Source: an uncultured Acidimicrobiales bacterium
GTDB lineage: Bacteria > Actinomycetota > Acidimicrobiia > Acidimicrobiales > UBA10347
Length of the DNA stretch: 64,000 nucleotides
Direction of reading: 5' to 3'
Assembly: GCA_943788915.1 (NCBI GenBank)
Contig: CALSSD010000003.1
Span: forward strand, 260,663 to 324,662
The first letter of the stretch is position 1. Each line of letters starts with the position of its first letter. Both the position numbers and the translations under genes were made by a program. Below the pieces are notes generated by a model. That model had not been told where the DNA came from and did not search any database. It worked only from the letters and a program-made list of their open reading frames with translations. Below are positions 1 to 8,992 of the stretch, one piece after another.

Positions 1-583
1 GAGGCCCCTCGGCACCTTCTTGACCTAGGCCAACCACCAGGTAGGCCACAACGGTCGCCCATGGCCCGATGCCAGCTATGCAACCGAACCAGAACGGGGT
101 CCACCAAGTGTCTCGATCAGGCCGGTTGACCATCTCCATAACCCAGCCAAACAGGATCATTGACACATTCGCAAACGCAATCGCGATGAGCGCTCCAAGG
201 TCCGTCAAGTTCGTAACCAACGCAATCAAAACGATCATCAACGTTGACGACAACGAGTACTCGACCCAGCGCAAACGGTTTCGCCCATGGCGTAACTCAG
301 ACGCGTAGAATTCGAAACCAACAGTCGCGATCAGCAGATGGAACACCGCCGACAGGAACAAGAACAACGACGTCGCGATGCCGAGTGGCACGTCAAACAG
401 TTGATTGGTTACGCCCTGGGCTAGATCGGTGCCAGGAGGGCCGTTCAGGTTGAATGTGCTGACACCCAGAGCAAAGTCGTTACTGAGCGCCACCATGAGC
501 ACACCGGACACGGCGTGCAAACCGCCCATGACGAGATTGAACCTACGCAGCTTGCTGAGCTTGTCGTCGCTGACCTCTACCAC
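1..583 (-). CDS. heR: Heliorhodopsin (partial, C-terminus runs off the window)
   Basis: Manual translation from GTG 583: ...KLRRFNLVMGGLH...SNDFALGVSTFNLNGPPGT...FLFLSAVFH...GRNRLRWVEYSLSSTLMIVLIA...NVSMILFGWVME...PFWFGCIAGIGPW. Matches heliorhodopsin motifs (TM1 His, TM2 His, RWxEYS, PFWFGCIAG). No in-frame stop before base 1. Confidence 0.95.
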   Translation of the reverse strand, partial: MVEVSDDKLSKLRRFNLVMGGLHAVSGVLMVALSNDFALGVSTFNLNGPPGTDLAQGVTNQLFDVPLGIATSLFLFLSAVFHLLIATVGFEFYASELRHGRNRLRWVEYSLSSTLMIVLIALVTNLTDLGALIAIAFANVSMILFGWVMEMVNRPDRDTWWTPFWFGCIAGIGPWATVVAYLVVGLGQEGAEGP

Positions 584-646
584 CTCTTCATGGGGATCAA
601 ACGAATATCTTCCGCGCGGTTGTCGGTCTTGTCATGGGGTCGCCGC

Positions 647-1087
647 TCAGGCGCTTATTCGTGGGTGTTGTTTGGCGTCTTGAGCTGCTCGCACAATCGC
701 TTTTCGGTGCGGGAATAGTGGCGCGTACCCAGCCGCAGCGCGTTCCTCGTCGTTCTCCGCTCCCCACATGCCATGTTCACGGCCAACACGTCCCGCGAGT
801 TTGCACATCTCCTTAACACTGCACTGATTGCAGTACGAGCGGGCCGTCGCCTCCCGCTTTTCGCGTCTCACCCGACGTTCGCCTGGAGGAGCGAAGAAGA
901 GCTGACTACGTCCGCTGCACGGAAACGACCGTTCGGAGCTGTAGAGGCCCGACAACACCTCGGCTGCCTCTGGCGAGGCAATCAGCGTCGGCGTCGACTC
1001 TGGGCTCGCTACACCGAGTGCGTGTTTCGCGTCGAGGTCGTGGACATCGATCTGGTCGATGTCGGAGGTTTCAGGTGAATCAAACAT
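647..1087 (-). CDS. WhiB-family Fe-S transcriptional regulator (WhiB3/WhiD-like)
   Basis: C...LFFAPPGERRVRREKRE...CNQCSVKEMC...HGMWGA: four Cys plus a G[VIM]WG turn. ATG 1087 is preceded by a GGAG RBS. Confidence 0.9.
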   Translation of the reverse strand: MFDSPETSDIDQIDVHDLDAKHALGVASPESTPTLIASPEAAEVLSGLYSSERSFPCSGRSQLFFAPPGERRVRREKREATARSYCNQCSVKEMCKLAGRVGREHGMWGAENDEERAAAGYAPLFPHRKAIVRAAQDAKQHPRISA

Positions 1088-1226
1088 AAGGACTCCGGGG
1101 GGGGGTGGTGGGGGATCTTGCGTGAGCGTCGCCATCGACGCTTCGAACCTGTCCACGTGTAGAGGATTGACAGCTCAGGTCGAGTTCAAACACCTTTCTC
1201 AAAGAAGCTCGGACCCGCCATGACTG

Positions 1227-2744
1227 ATGGGCCATGATGGGAGCGTGTCTGCTTCGATCCCCCATGACCGAGTGCGGGGGGATCTGGTCAAGCTCGCGCC
1301 GGTGCTGCTCGCAGCTTTAGAACAAACCCGTTCGTCAGCGTGTATCACGACCGCCGACCTCGCAGCTCCCGGCCCAACCATCGTGTACGTAAACCCTGCG
1401 TACTGCGCCATGACCGGCAGAGCCCCAGAAGAGGTCATCGGCAGTTCGCCTCGGCTTATGCAAGGCCCGCTTACCGATCGCAAAGTCCTCGATCGGCTGC
1501 GCCGCAATCTGACCGATGGTGAACCATTTAGCGGCGAAACGGTGAACTATCGGGCCGACGGCACCCCGTTCCTCATCAGCTGGAGCATTGACCCGGTCCG
1601 AACACCCAACGGCGAGATCACCCATTTCGTTGCGACCCAGCAGGACGTCACGACCCAGGTCCGCGCGCACAACCTGATACAAGCCACGCAAGTTCTCGAC
1701 CGGGTGTTGACCACTGCCCTCGACTCAACCAGCGACCGCTGGACTACTCGACAGATGTTCCTTGACGCAATCGTCGATGGAGCTGCCCGCATCGTCCCGT
1801 TCGGGCGTGTCACTGCGGTTCTGATCGATGACGACGACAGGACCCAAACCGTCTCCGGGCCATCCGAAGCCGACGGTGGCCTAACACTACGGGTCGACTT
1901 CTCCCAGTCGGCATCGAAGAGTCGAGGCTGGATTCTCATCCATGGGCTGACTGCAAACGAACACGACTTCGTCGATACTGACGGCATCGAGCGATATGGC
2001 GAACGTGTCGCAACGGTCTGTGGCTCACTGTTCGAGTATCAGCGTCAGAGCGACGCAGCGATCAAGTTGCAACGCAGCTTGTTACCACCCTCTGAAATTA
2101 TGGTGCCTGGGTTCGACATCGTCACCGCATACCTTCCTGGTTCTGTGGGGTTGGAGATAGGCGGCGACTGGTACGACGCTGCACTGCACGACGATGTCGT
2201 CACAATCTCGGTCGGAGATGTCAGCGGAAGCGGCATCGAGGCAGCGGCGCTGATGGGTCGACTGCGATTGTTGGCCGCGCACGAACTACATCGGGGCACG
2301 CCGGTCCCCGAGGTACTCGCCATTCTCAATGGCATATGCCGGCACGCATCCCAGATGGCAACCATGCTTGTCGCCCAGATCAACACGTCTTCAGGTGCCG
2401 CCGAACTGTGGTCGGCGGGCCACCTGCCGCCCCTCTTCTTCAACGCGAATCAGACTGCGCTGCAGTACTTCGACGTCGCTCCCCCGCTCGGCTTCCTGGG
2501 CGACAAACCCATCCATCACGAGTCCCTGCAACTCGACCCGGGTCACGGCCTGTTCCTCTTCACCGACGGTCTCGTTGAGCGTCGGACCGAGGTGGTCACC
2601 GAAGGACTCGAGCGTCTATGCACCGCTGTGGACTCGGAACAAGGTCTGCATGCCATGGTGCAAGCGGCGCTCAACGCCACCGGCGGTCAGGTTGGCGACG
2701 ATGTCGCCATCGTCGCTCTGCGTCGACAACTCCCTCCTACGTAG
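1227..2744 (+). CDS. LOV-like PAS domain + SpoIIE/PP2C phosphatase (RsbP/RsbU-like)
   Basis: PAS: IVYVNPAY..MTG..EEVIGSSPRLMQGP..NYRADGTPF..TQQDVT. PP2C: LQRSLLP, GGDWYD, GDVSG, AGHLPP, FTDGL, DD. Confidence 0.92.
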   Translation: MGHDGSVSASIPHDRVRGDLVKLAPVLLAALEQTRSSACITTADLAAPGPTIVYVNPAYCAMTGRAPEEVIGSSPRLMQGPLTDRKVLDRLRRNLTDGEPFSGETVNYRADGTPFLISWSIDPVRTPNGEITHFVATQQDVTTQVRAHNLIQATQVLDRVLTTALDSTSDRWTTRQMFLDAIVDGAARIVPFGRVTAVLIDDDDRTQTVSGPSEADGGLTLRVDFSQSASKSRGWILIHGLTANEHDFVDTDGIERYGERVATVCGSLFEYQRQSDAAIKLQRSLLPPSEIMVPGFDIVTAYLPGSVGLEIGGDWYDAALHDDVVTISVGDVSGSGIEAAALMGRLRLLAAHELHRGTPVPEVLAILNGICRHASQMATMLVAQINTSSGAAELWSAGHLPPLFFNANQTALQYFDVAPPLGFLGDKPIHHESLQLDPGHGLFLFTDGLVERRTEVVTEGLERLCTAVDSEQGLHAMVQAALNATGGQVGDDVAIVALRRQLPPT

Positions 2745-2808
2745 CCAGGAGCGATTCACCGAAAACGTGCCGTTTGTTCCGGCGCGCCCAGGCGCTAGTT
2801 TCATCGGT

Positions 2809-3108
2809 ATGGCTGCAGAACTTCAGATCTCCGATAGTTCAAACAACAGTGTCGTGTTGTCCGGTGAAATCGACACGCACACTGCACCTGTGCTCGAGGA
2901 GCGGTTGGAGGCCATCGAAGCTGGGGGCCAAATGGTGCTCGACTTAGCCAACGTAAGCTTCATTTCTTCAGCAGGGCTAACCGCAATGCTGACCACACAG
3001 ATCCGGCTTCAGGAAACAGGCGGATCGTTGACCGTCGAGAACCCAACAGCGGCCGTCGAGCGCATGATTGCGCTTTCCGGCCTGAACGGCCTCCTAGGGC
3101 TCGAGTGA
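2809..3108 (+). CDS. STAS-domain anti-sigma factor antagonist (RsbV-like)
   Basis: LSGEIDTHTAP...LDLANVSFISSAGL (phospho-Ser motif). Start at ATG 2809 inside the longer track ORF. Confidence 0.9.
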   Translation: MAAELQISDSSNNSVVLSGEIDTHTAPVLEERLEAIEAGGQMVLDLANVSFISSAGLTAMLTTQIRLQETGGSLTVENPTAAVERMIALSGLNGLLGLE

Positions 3109-3127
3109 GGCTCGACCTCATCCAACG

Positions 3128-3544
3128 TCAGTAGAAATCGCCACCGGATGTGATGTCGCACCGGATGTGGGTACTTTTTTCATCACCAAATACCGCTACC
3201 TCGGCACAGAGGGCCCGAATGATGCGCAGGCCCCGCCCTCGCGTGCCCTCGGAAAGCTGACCCCACGATTCAACCGGCGGCACCGCGTCGACCGCTCCTT
3301 GGTTGGCTATCTCCACGGTGACACGTTCACCCGGGAGCGCGATGGCAACTCGAATCCACGGCGACGACGTGTGATCAATGACGTTGGCGCCAAGTTCAGT
3401 CAAGACCATTTCGACGTCGCCGATCAAGGTCTGTGAGTGTTGCCCGTTGCCACGAAGCCATGCACCGACGTGTTGTCGAGCATCACTCAGTGCCAGGTGT
3501 GTCGCCGAAATTTCTTCGGAGAAGTTCGTCACGGTGGGTCCCAC
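3128..3544 (-). CDS. Anti-sigma factor / Ser kinase, HATPase_c_2 (RsbW-like)
   Basis: N-box VLTELGANVIDH and G2 box GRGLRII. Confidence 0.85.
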   Translation of the reverse strand: MGPTVTNFSEEISATHLALSDARQHVGAWLRGNGQHSQTLIGDVEMVLTELGANVIDHTSSPWIRVAIALPGERVTVEIANQGAVDAVPPVESWGQLSEGTRGRGLRIIRALCAEVAVFGDEKSTHIRCDITSGGDFY

Positions 3545-3619
3545 ACGAGAGAGTATTGACCATAGCTACTCGGCTCAAACCGCCTACTCGCGGATTTCTG
3601 CCCTTTTCTGGAGTTCATC

Positions 3620-4018
3620 GTGAGTGCAATCGAGGAAACCGATCGATCCACGGCAAGCAGGTTTCGGCTTACGCTGCCCGCACACACCGCGCACCTGCAA
3701 CTTGTGCGACTCACGGTCGCGGCACTGGCCAGCGACGTGTTGTCTGTTGAAGAGATCGAAGACGTGAAGGTCGCCGTCGAAGAGCTGACGGCAGCGGCGA
3801 TGGCACCGACTACCGGCGAACCCGATGTACACCTCGAGTTCCTTGTCGACACCGACTCGTTAACGGTGGCGGGCGAGCGGTCACTCGATGGCGTTGCCCA
3901 GCTCGTTACCCACGACTTTCTTTCGACCATCCTCGATGCGGTATGTGACAGCCACGAGGTCGGAACGACGCCCGGCCAAGCAAGCTTCAGCTTCAAGAAA
4001 CTCGCTCGTGGGCGATGA
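3620..4018 (+). CDS. Anti-sigma factor (RsbW/UsfX-like, degenerate ATPase motifs)
   Basis: LTLPA..AHLQLVRL..EEIEDVKVAVEEL. Its 3' end overlaps the sigma factor start. Confidence 0.8.
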   Translation: MSAIEETDRSTASRFRLTLPAHTAHLQLVRLTVAALASDVLSVEEIEDVKVAVEELTAAAMAPTTGEPDVHLEFLVDTDSLTVAGERSLDGVAQLVTHDFLSTILDAVCDSHEVGTTPGQASFSFKKLARGR

Positions 4019-4706
4019 CCCTCTAGATCCGAGGTTTCGAGAGTTTGCTGCAACCCGAGATCAAGATCTTCGCAATCAGCTCGTCGTTGACAACCAGGGG
4101 CTCGCCCGGGCATTCGCTGGCCGTTATCGCAACCGCGGCGTCACCGCCGATGACCTTGATCAGATCGCGCTCGAGGCGTTGGTGCGGGCCGTCGACCGGT
4201 TCGAACCTGAACGGGGACTTCGATTTTCGACCTACGCGGCACGGAGCATCGAAGGCAGTCTGCGCCAATACTTTCGCGACCGCACCTGGGATACAAAGGT
4301 GTCACGATCCCGTCGTCAGCTCATCACATCGATCCGAGCAGTGTCAGAGTTACTGACTCAGCAGCTGACTCGCAGTCCAACACCTGCGGAAATCGCCGAC
4401 CACCTCGGCGTCGACGTGTCGGACATCACGCTGGCACTCGAGGCCGCCGCCGGTTACAGCGCAACGCCGCTCACACCTGACCAGGACCCGAAATCAACCG
4501 ATGTCAGCGGGTTCGAGGCTGCCGAAGCGCGCGCCGTTCTACCCCCGCTCTTAGACATGTTGTCCGATGCTGAACGGAGCGCTGTGGAGCTGCGGTTCTT
4601 CGGCGGCTTGTCTCAAGACGACATAGCGGCACAACTTGGGGTTAGCCAGATGCAGGTGTCGCGTCTGCTGCGCCGTTCGCTCGAACGACTTCGGACCCAG
4701 GTCTGA
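4008..4706 (+). CDS. SigB/SigF/SigG-family RNA polymerase sigma factor
   Basis: AVDRFEPERGLRFSTYA..IEGSLRQYFRDRTW; RSPTPAEIA; SQDDIAAQLGVSQMQVSRLL. Start estimated at GTG 4008. Confidence 0.92.
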   Translation: MGDDPLDPRFREFAATRDQDLRNQLVVDNQGLARAFAGRYRNRGVTADDLDQIALEALVRAVDRFEPERGLRFSTYAARSIEGSLRQYFRDRTWDTKVSRSRRQLITSIRAVSELLTQQLTRSPTPAEIADHLGVDVSDITLALEAAAGYSATPLTPDQDPKSTDVSGFEAAEARAVLPPLLDMLSDAERSAVELRFFGGLSQDDIAAQLGVSQMQVSRLLRRSLERLRTQV

Positions 4707-4713
4707 GCACCAA

Positions 4714-5349
4714 CTAGGCGATGTAACCGGCCCGAGGTTGCGCCTCGGGAACAGCCCAGCCTTCGGGCATTGCATCGAAGTCGAAGAACGGTGCTTCGTC
4801 GCCGTCTGCGACTGCGTCCTCAATCTGATCATAGAAACCCTTGCCGGTCTCGGCTGCGAACGTGATGGCGACTTCCTCTGCGCTGTCACCAGCCTTTGGC
4901 CGTTCGCAGTATTCAGGGAAACTTGCCTCGGCGGCATCACCCTCTTCGTATCCACGAGCAAACATCTGTTTCAAAACGCCGAATCCGTCGTTACGGACCA
5001 ATACTTCGCCGCGAGGCGTGCCGCCGTTGGCCTGGAGGTGGGCCACGAACTTGTCAAGGTCATGGGTGTCATAGGCAACGTGTTGACACGAGTGATCGCC
5101 GTGCCGATCTACGAACTTGGTGACCTGGGACTTCTGGGCCCGGTCGATGCCCTCGATCAGAGCGATACCAAACTCGCCAAAATCGACGCACCAGATCTTC
5201 ATCGACGAATCTGGATCCTCGGGACGCACGTCGTCGATCCGGTTGATCAGGGTGCCACCTTCGATTTCGATGTGGAACCACGCCCACTGTTCGATGCGAC
5301 CCTTGTCGCACGCGTAGGTGATGTGATCGACCTTCTTCAAATGAGACAT
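4714..5349 (-). CDS. VOC-superfamily protein resembling the HPPD C-terminal catalytic domain
   Basis: VDH, SQVTKFVDRHG..QHVA, LKQMFA, FPEYCER parallel HPPD IDH/QHIA/LLQIF/FFEIIQR. 211 aa, directly downstream of phhA. Confidence 0.75.
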   Translation of the reverse strand: MSHLKKVDHITYACDKGRIEQWAWFHIEIEGGTLINRIDDVRPEDPDSSMKIWCVDFGEFGIALIEGIDRAQKSQVTKFVDRHGDHSCQHVAYDTHDLDKFVAHLQANGGTPRGEVLVRNDGFGVLKQMFARGYEEGDAAEASFPEYCERPKAGDSAEEVAITFAAETGKGFYDQIEDAVADGDEAPFFDFDAMPEGWAVPEAQPRAGYIA

Positions 5350-5359
5350 GGGTGTTCCT

Positions 5360-6172
5360 TCAGTATGAGCTGGTGATAGGTGCGTGGTGAATAAGACTGG
5401 TGAAATACCCGCCGACGATGTCGACGACATGGTCCAACGAGTCAGCGCCGAACAAGACGGGTTGAAAGCTGCTGATGTCATACGGTGTGTCCAACATGTC
5501 CGCAATGTCGAGCGGCCGGATCTCGGCGTGTTGAGTGAACCAACCAAGTTCGCCGGGTGAGCTGAGCAGGCCTGCTCCGTACGCCTTCCAGCCCGCTGAA
5601 CTGTGAACGACACCAAACTCAACCGAATACCAGAACACAGCGGCGATCTGTGTCAGCAAGGCAGGGGCAGCGACAGAAGCCTGGCCTGCAAGCACATGCA
5701 ACGACGCGAGTTGCGGGTGCGCAAGCACATTGGCATGACCACCGATTTCATGAAGCACATCGGGTTCGGGGGTGTATTCAGAGTTGCCGGACCAGCGGAT
5801 GAACTGGGTAGACGGAAACACCCGTCGGGCCAGGGCGCCAAAGAACTCGGCGCCACCTACTGTGCCCGCGACCGATGCATACCGAAAGCCGGTAAGAACC
5901 TGAAGCCGTCCGGTTACCTGTGCAAGCTGCGGGATCTGGTCAGGGGGCAGATCAAGCGCCTGGGCAGCAGCACGAACGGGTAGCGCTGCGTACTGCTCCC
6001 AGACCGGAGCCAGCAAGGTGTGGGCATGCGCCCACGTGTGGTGCTCTTCAGCGGTGTACGCGACATGAATGGGGACACCGTCGATGCCCGTGGCCATCGC
6101 TGCGACCGCGCGCTGACGGGTCTGGTAGGCATTAGGAGCGTTTGCGGCGCTCTTCACTCGGACCAACATCAC
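5360..6172 (-). CDS. phhA: Phenylalanine 4-monooxygenase
   Basis: YTPEPDVLHEIGGH, FWYSVEFG, KAYGAGLLSSPGEL, YDISSFQP. Confidence 0.9.
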   Translation of the reverse strand: MMLVRVKSAANAPNAYQTRQRAVAAMATGIDGVPIHVAYTAEEHHTWAHAHTLLAPVWEQYAALPVRAAAQALDLPPDQIPQLAQVTGRLQVLTGFRYASVAGTVGGAEFFGALARRVFPSTQFIRWSGNSEYTPEPDVLHEIGGHANVLAHPQLASLHVLAGQASVAAPALLTQIAAVFWYSVEFGVVHSSAGWKAYGAGLLSSPGELGWFTQHAEIRPLDIADMLDTPYDISSFQPVLFGADSLDHVVDIVGGYFTSLIHHAPITSSY

Positions 6173-6267
6173 CCTAATACTGAACTACTTCTATCGAACA
6201 GATTTCTTTTACACGAATAAAGAGATGAAAAGTCTTTTGGATAGTTATCGAATATACATTCGTCTAT

Positions 6268-6723
6268 ATGGACACGCTCGACGACATCGATCGCAAGATG
6301 ATCGACATATTGCGTAGCGACGGACGGCGCACAGCACCACAACTCGCCGCCGACATTGGGATCGGCCGCGCAACGGCATACAACCGACTCGATCGGCTCA
6401 TCGACGACGGTGTGATCACCGGGTTTAGTGCCCACGTTGACCATGCCACCACCGGTAAAACCGTTGCTGCCTTGGTCCTGATCAATGTTGAACAAGGCCG
6501 GTGGCGCGACCTGCACGTGCGCCTCACCGACCTACCTGGTGTGGAATGGGCTGGAGTGACCGCCGGACAATTCGACTACGCACTCATCGTGCGTGCCGAC
6601 TCACTCGACCATCTACGCGATGTCGCATTGCAGGAACTGCAGCAGACCGACGGTGTACGCGCTGCTCAGACGATCGTGCTCCTCGACGAGGTCGATAAAC
6701 GCAATCAGCCGATCTGGCCCTAG
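6268..6723 (+). CDS. Lrp/AsnC-family regulator
   Basis: LDDIDRKMIDILRSDGR N-terminal HTH; TAGQFDY. Divergent from phhA. Confidence 0.93.
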   Translation: MDTLDDIDRKMIDILRSDGRRTAPQLAADIGIGRATAYNRLDRLIDDGVITGFSAHVDHATTGKTVAALVLINVEQGRWRDLHVRLTDLPGVEWAGVTAGQFDYALIVRADSLDHLRDVALQELQQTDGVRAAQTIVLLDEVDKRNQPIWP

Positions 6724-6755
6724 CCACACGACACGACTACCTGTTCCACCAGTAG

Positions 6756-8027
6756 TTACAGGGTTGCTGCAACCTCGGCTGCTGCTGCGATTGTCTGGTC
6801 AATGAGTTCGTCGGTGTGCACGGTTGACACAAAGATCGCTTCGTAGGGACCAGGGGCCAGAGCGATGCCACGTTCGAGCATGCCGTGGAAGAAATGTTTG
6901 TAGATGCCGTTGTCAGCCGCTACTTGGGCTTCGTCGAAGTTGGTGGGCGCCACGTCGGTGAAGAAGATGCCCATAAGTGATCCGACCCGCGGCACGATGA
7001 CTGGGATGCCTGCGGCAGTGAAGACCCGCTCGAGGCCGGTGGCCAGTCGAGTTGCGGTGGCTTCGAGCTTGGCGTACGCGTCGTCAGTGAGTTGATCGAG
7101 CATCGCGAGACCCGCAGCGGTTGCCAATGGGTTCCCTGACAGTGTGCCGCCCTGATAGACGCCGCCGAGCGGAGCGATGCTGGCCATAATTTCGCGGGAT
7201 GCACCATAGGCGCCTACAGGCAGGCCGCCGCCGATGACCTTGCCGAAACACCAGACATCGGGCTTAACGTCGAACCATTCACTAGCGCCGCCTCGCCCGA
7301 GCCGGAAACCGGTGATGACCTCGTCGAACAACAACATGGCACCAACCTCGTCGCAGGCAACACGCAGGTCAGCGAGGAAGCCCGGATTTGGGGGTACGAC
7401 ACCCATGTTCGCTGCCACCGGTTCGACAGCCACAACCGCAATCGATTCATCGAGTTGAGGAATCTCGTTGTATGGCGCGACGATCGTGTCTGCGACTGCA
7501 CCAACCGGCACGCCGTCGCAGCCACTGAGACCCTGATTGGCCACACCGCTGCCGCCAGCAGCCAGCAGGTTGTCGCTATGTCCGTGATAGTTGCCAGCGA
7601 ACTTGACCAGCTTGTCGCGGCCCGTAGCGCCTCGGGCGAGACGAATCGCCGACATGGCGGCCTCGGTGCCACTCGAAACCAGGCGAAGCATTTCGAGGCC
7701 GTCGACCCGGCCGCACATTTCTTCGGCCATCAGCACTTCGCGTTCGGTCGGCGCTCCGTAGCTGGTTCCGTTGCCGGCGGCGACCGAGACGGCGTCGACG
7801 ATGGTCGGGTTCGCATGACCAAGGATGCAAGGGCCATAGCTCAGTACGTAATCGATGTAGCGTTTGCCTTCGACGTCCCAGACATAGGGACCTTCGGCCT
7901 TGTCGACGAAGTACGGCGTGCCACCAACTGAGCGGAATGATCGAACCGGCGAATTCACGCCACCGGGCATGACCAGCTTGGCCCGTTCGAACAGGTCGGC
8001 ATTGTTGAGGTGAGCGCGTTCAGACAC
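6756..8027 (-). CDS. hemL: Glutamate-1-semialdehyde 2,1-aminomutase
   Basis: MPGGVNSPVR, SGTEA, FDEVITGFR, GKVIGGGLPVG, GTLSGNP. Confidence 0.97.
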   Translation of the reverse strand: MSERAHLNNADLFERAKLVMPGGVNSPVRSFRSVGGTPYFVDKAEGPYVWDVEGKRYIDYVLSYGPCILGHANPTIVDAVSVAAGNGTSYGAPTEREVLMAEEMCGRVDGLEMLRLVSSGTEAAMSAIRLARGATGRDKLVKFAGNYHGHSDNLLAAGGSGVANQGLSGCDGVPVGAVADTIVAPYNEIPQLDESIAVVAVEPVAANMGVVPPNPGFLADLRVACDEVGAMLLFDEVITGFRLGRGGASEWFDVKPDVWCFGKVIGGGLPVGAYGASREIMASIAPLGGVYQGGTLSGNPLATAAGLAMLDQLTDDAYAKLEATATRLATGLERVFTAAGIPVIVPRVGSLMGIFFTDVAPTNFDEAQVAADNGIYKHFFHGMLERGIALAPGPYEAIFVSTVHTDELIDQTIAAAAEVAATL

Positions 8028-8213
8028 GCAGCGAGTCTAGGCCTTCTCCCCGTTTGCGACGAGATCGCGACGGAGGCCACCACTTCCGCGTCTGGACAAA
8101 CGGAGATGTCCGCAGCTCGCCAAATGTCAGTATTCCCCGGTGCCTACGACACGGAGCAGGTGGCAGCGTGATGCTTCCACCACACACCGAAGCTGACTGC
8201 TCGTAGCGCTGTT

Positions 8214-8984
8214 TTAGCGACTGGTTGCCCACGTGACGAGGGCCGCTACCAACCCGTCGACGGTGTGGGGTTCGGCTTCGATCATGACGCTGAGGCCCAA
8301 CTCGGTCGCCGTAGCCGAGGTGATCGGCCCGATGCTTGCCACGACGGGTGGCACCAGCTCACGCCCAACCAATCTCACAAAACGCTCAACAGCGGACGAC
8401 GAGGCGAAGGTGATGATGTCGCCCGTACGTGCAAGCGCCCGATCATCCTCGGTCACCTGAGCGTCGATAGTGCGATAGGCAACAACACGATCGACATTCC
8501 AGCCCTTCTCACCAAGTCCAACTTCGAGCACACCGCGAGCGACTTCGGCCTGAACCAGCAACAGCCGATCTCGACCTGACACTGCCTCTGGCATGACCTC
8601 GACGAGCCCTTCAGCGACAGCCCGGCCAGGGACGATATTGACGCGCAGAGCTGAGTCATCGAGCTTGGCAGCGGTACTTGGACCTACACAGGCGACCGGA
8701 GGCAACGCGACCGCATCACACCCCATTCGTGCCGTGAGTTCCTCGACCGCGGTAGCGAGAGCCTTGGCCCCGTTGGGCGATGCCACGACAATCTGGTCGT
8801 GGTTGCCCGAAGCAAGCGCGGCGGTGAGCGCCGCTCCCCCATCGACCGGCGGCACGATCTCAATCGTTGCGACACCAACCGTCGAAGCCCCAAGCGCAAG
8901 CAGCTTCTCGGTCAGGGCAGACGCCTGCGCCTTGGCCCGAGTCACCACGACCGTTACGCCAGCGAGCGGAGCATGGTCAGCCAC
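8214..8984 (-). CDS. hemD: Uroporphyrinogen-III synthase
   Basis: VVVTRA..QA, CVGPSTA, TFASSSAV, SIGPITS; position in hem cluster. Confidence 0.92.
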   Translation of the reverse strand: MADHAPLAGVTVVVTRAKAQASALTEKLLALGASTVGVATIEIVPPVDGGAALTAALASGNHDQIVVASPNGAKALATAVEELTARMGCDAVALPPVACVGPSTAAKLDDSALRVNIVPGRAVAEGLVEVMPEAVSGRDRLLLVQAEVARGVLEVGLGEKGWNVDRVVAYRTIDAQVTEDDRALARTGDIITFASSSAVERFVRLVGRELVPPVVASIGPITSATATELGLSVMIEAEPHTVDGLVAALVTWATSR

Positions 8985-8992
8985 GATGCGAC

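Noticed and set aside
1088..3620. SigB/SigF-type promoters (GTTT-N15-17-GGGTA) within the module
   Set aside because: No convincing match found by eye.
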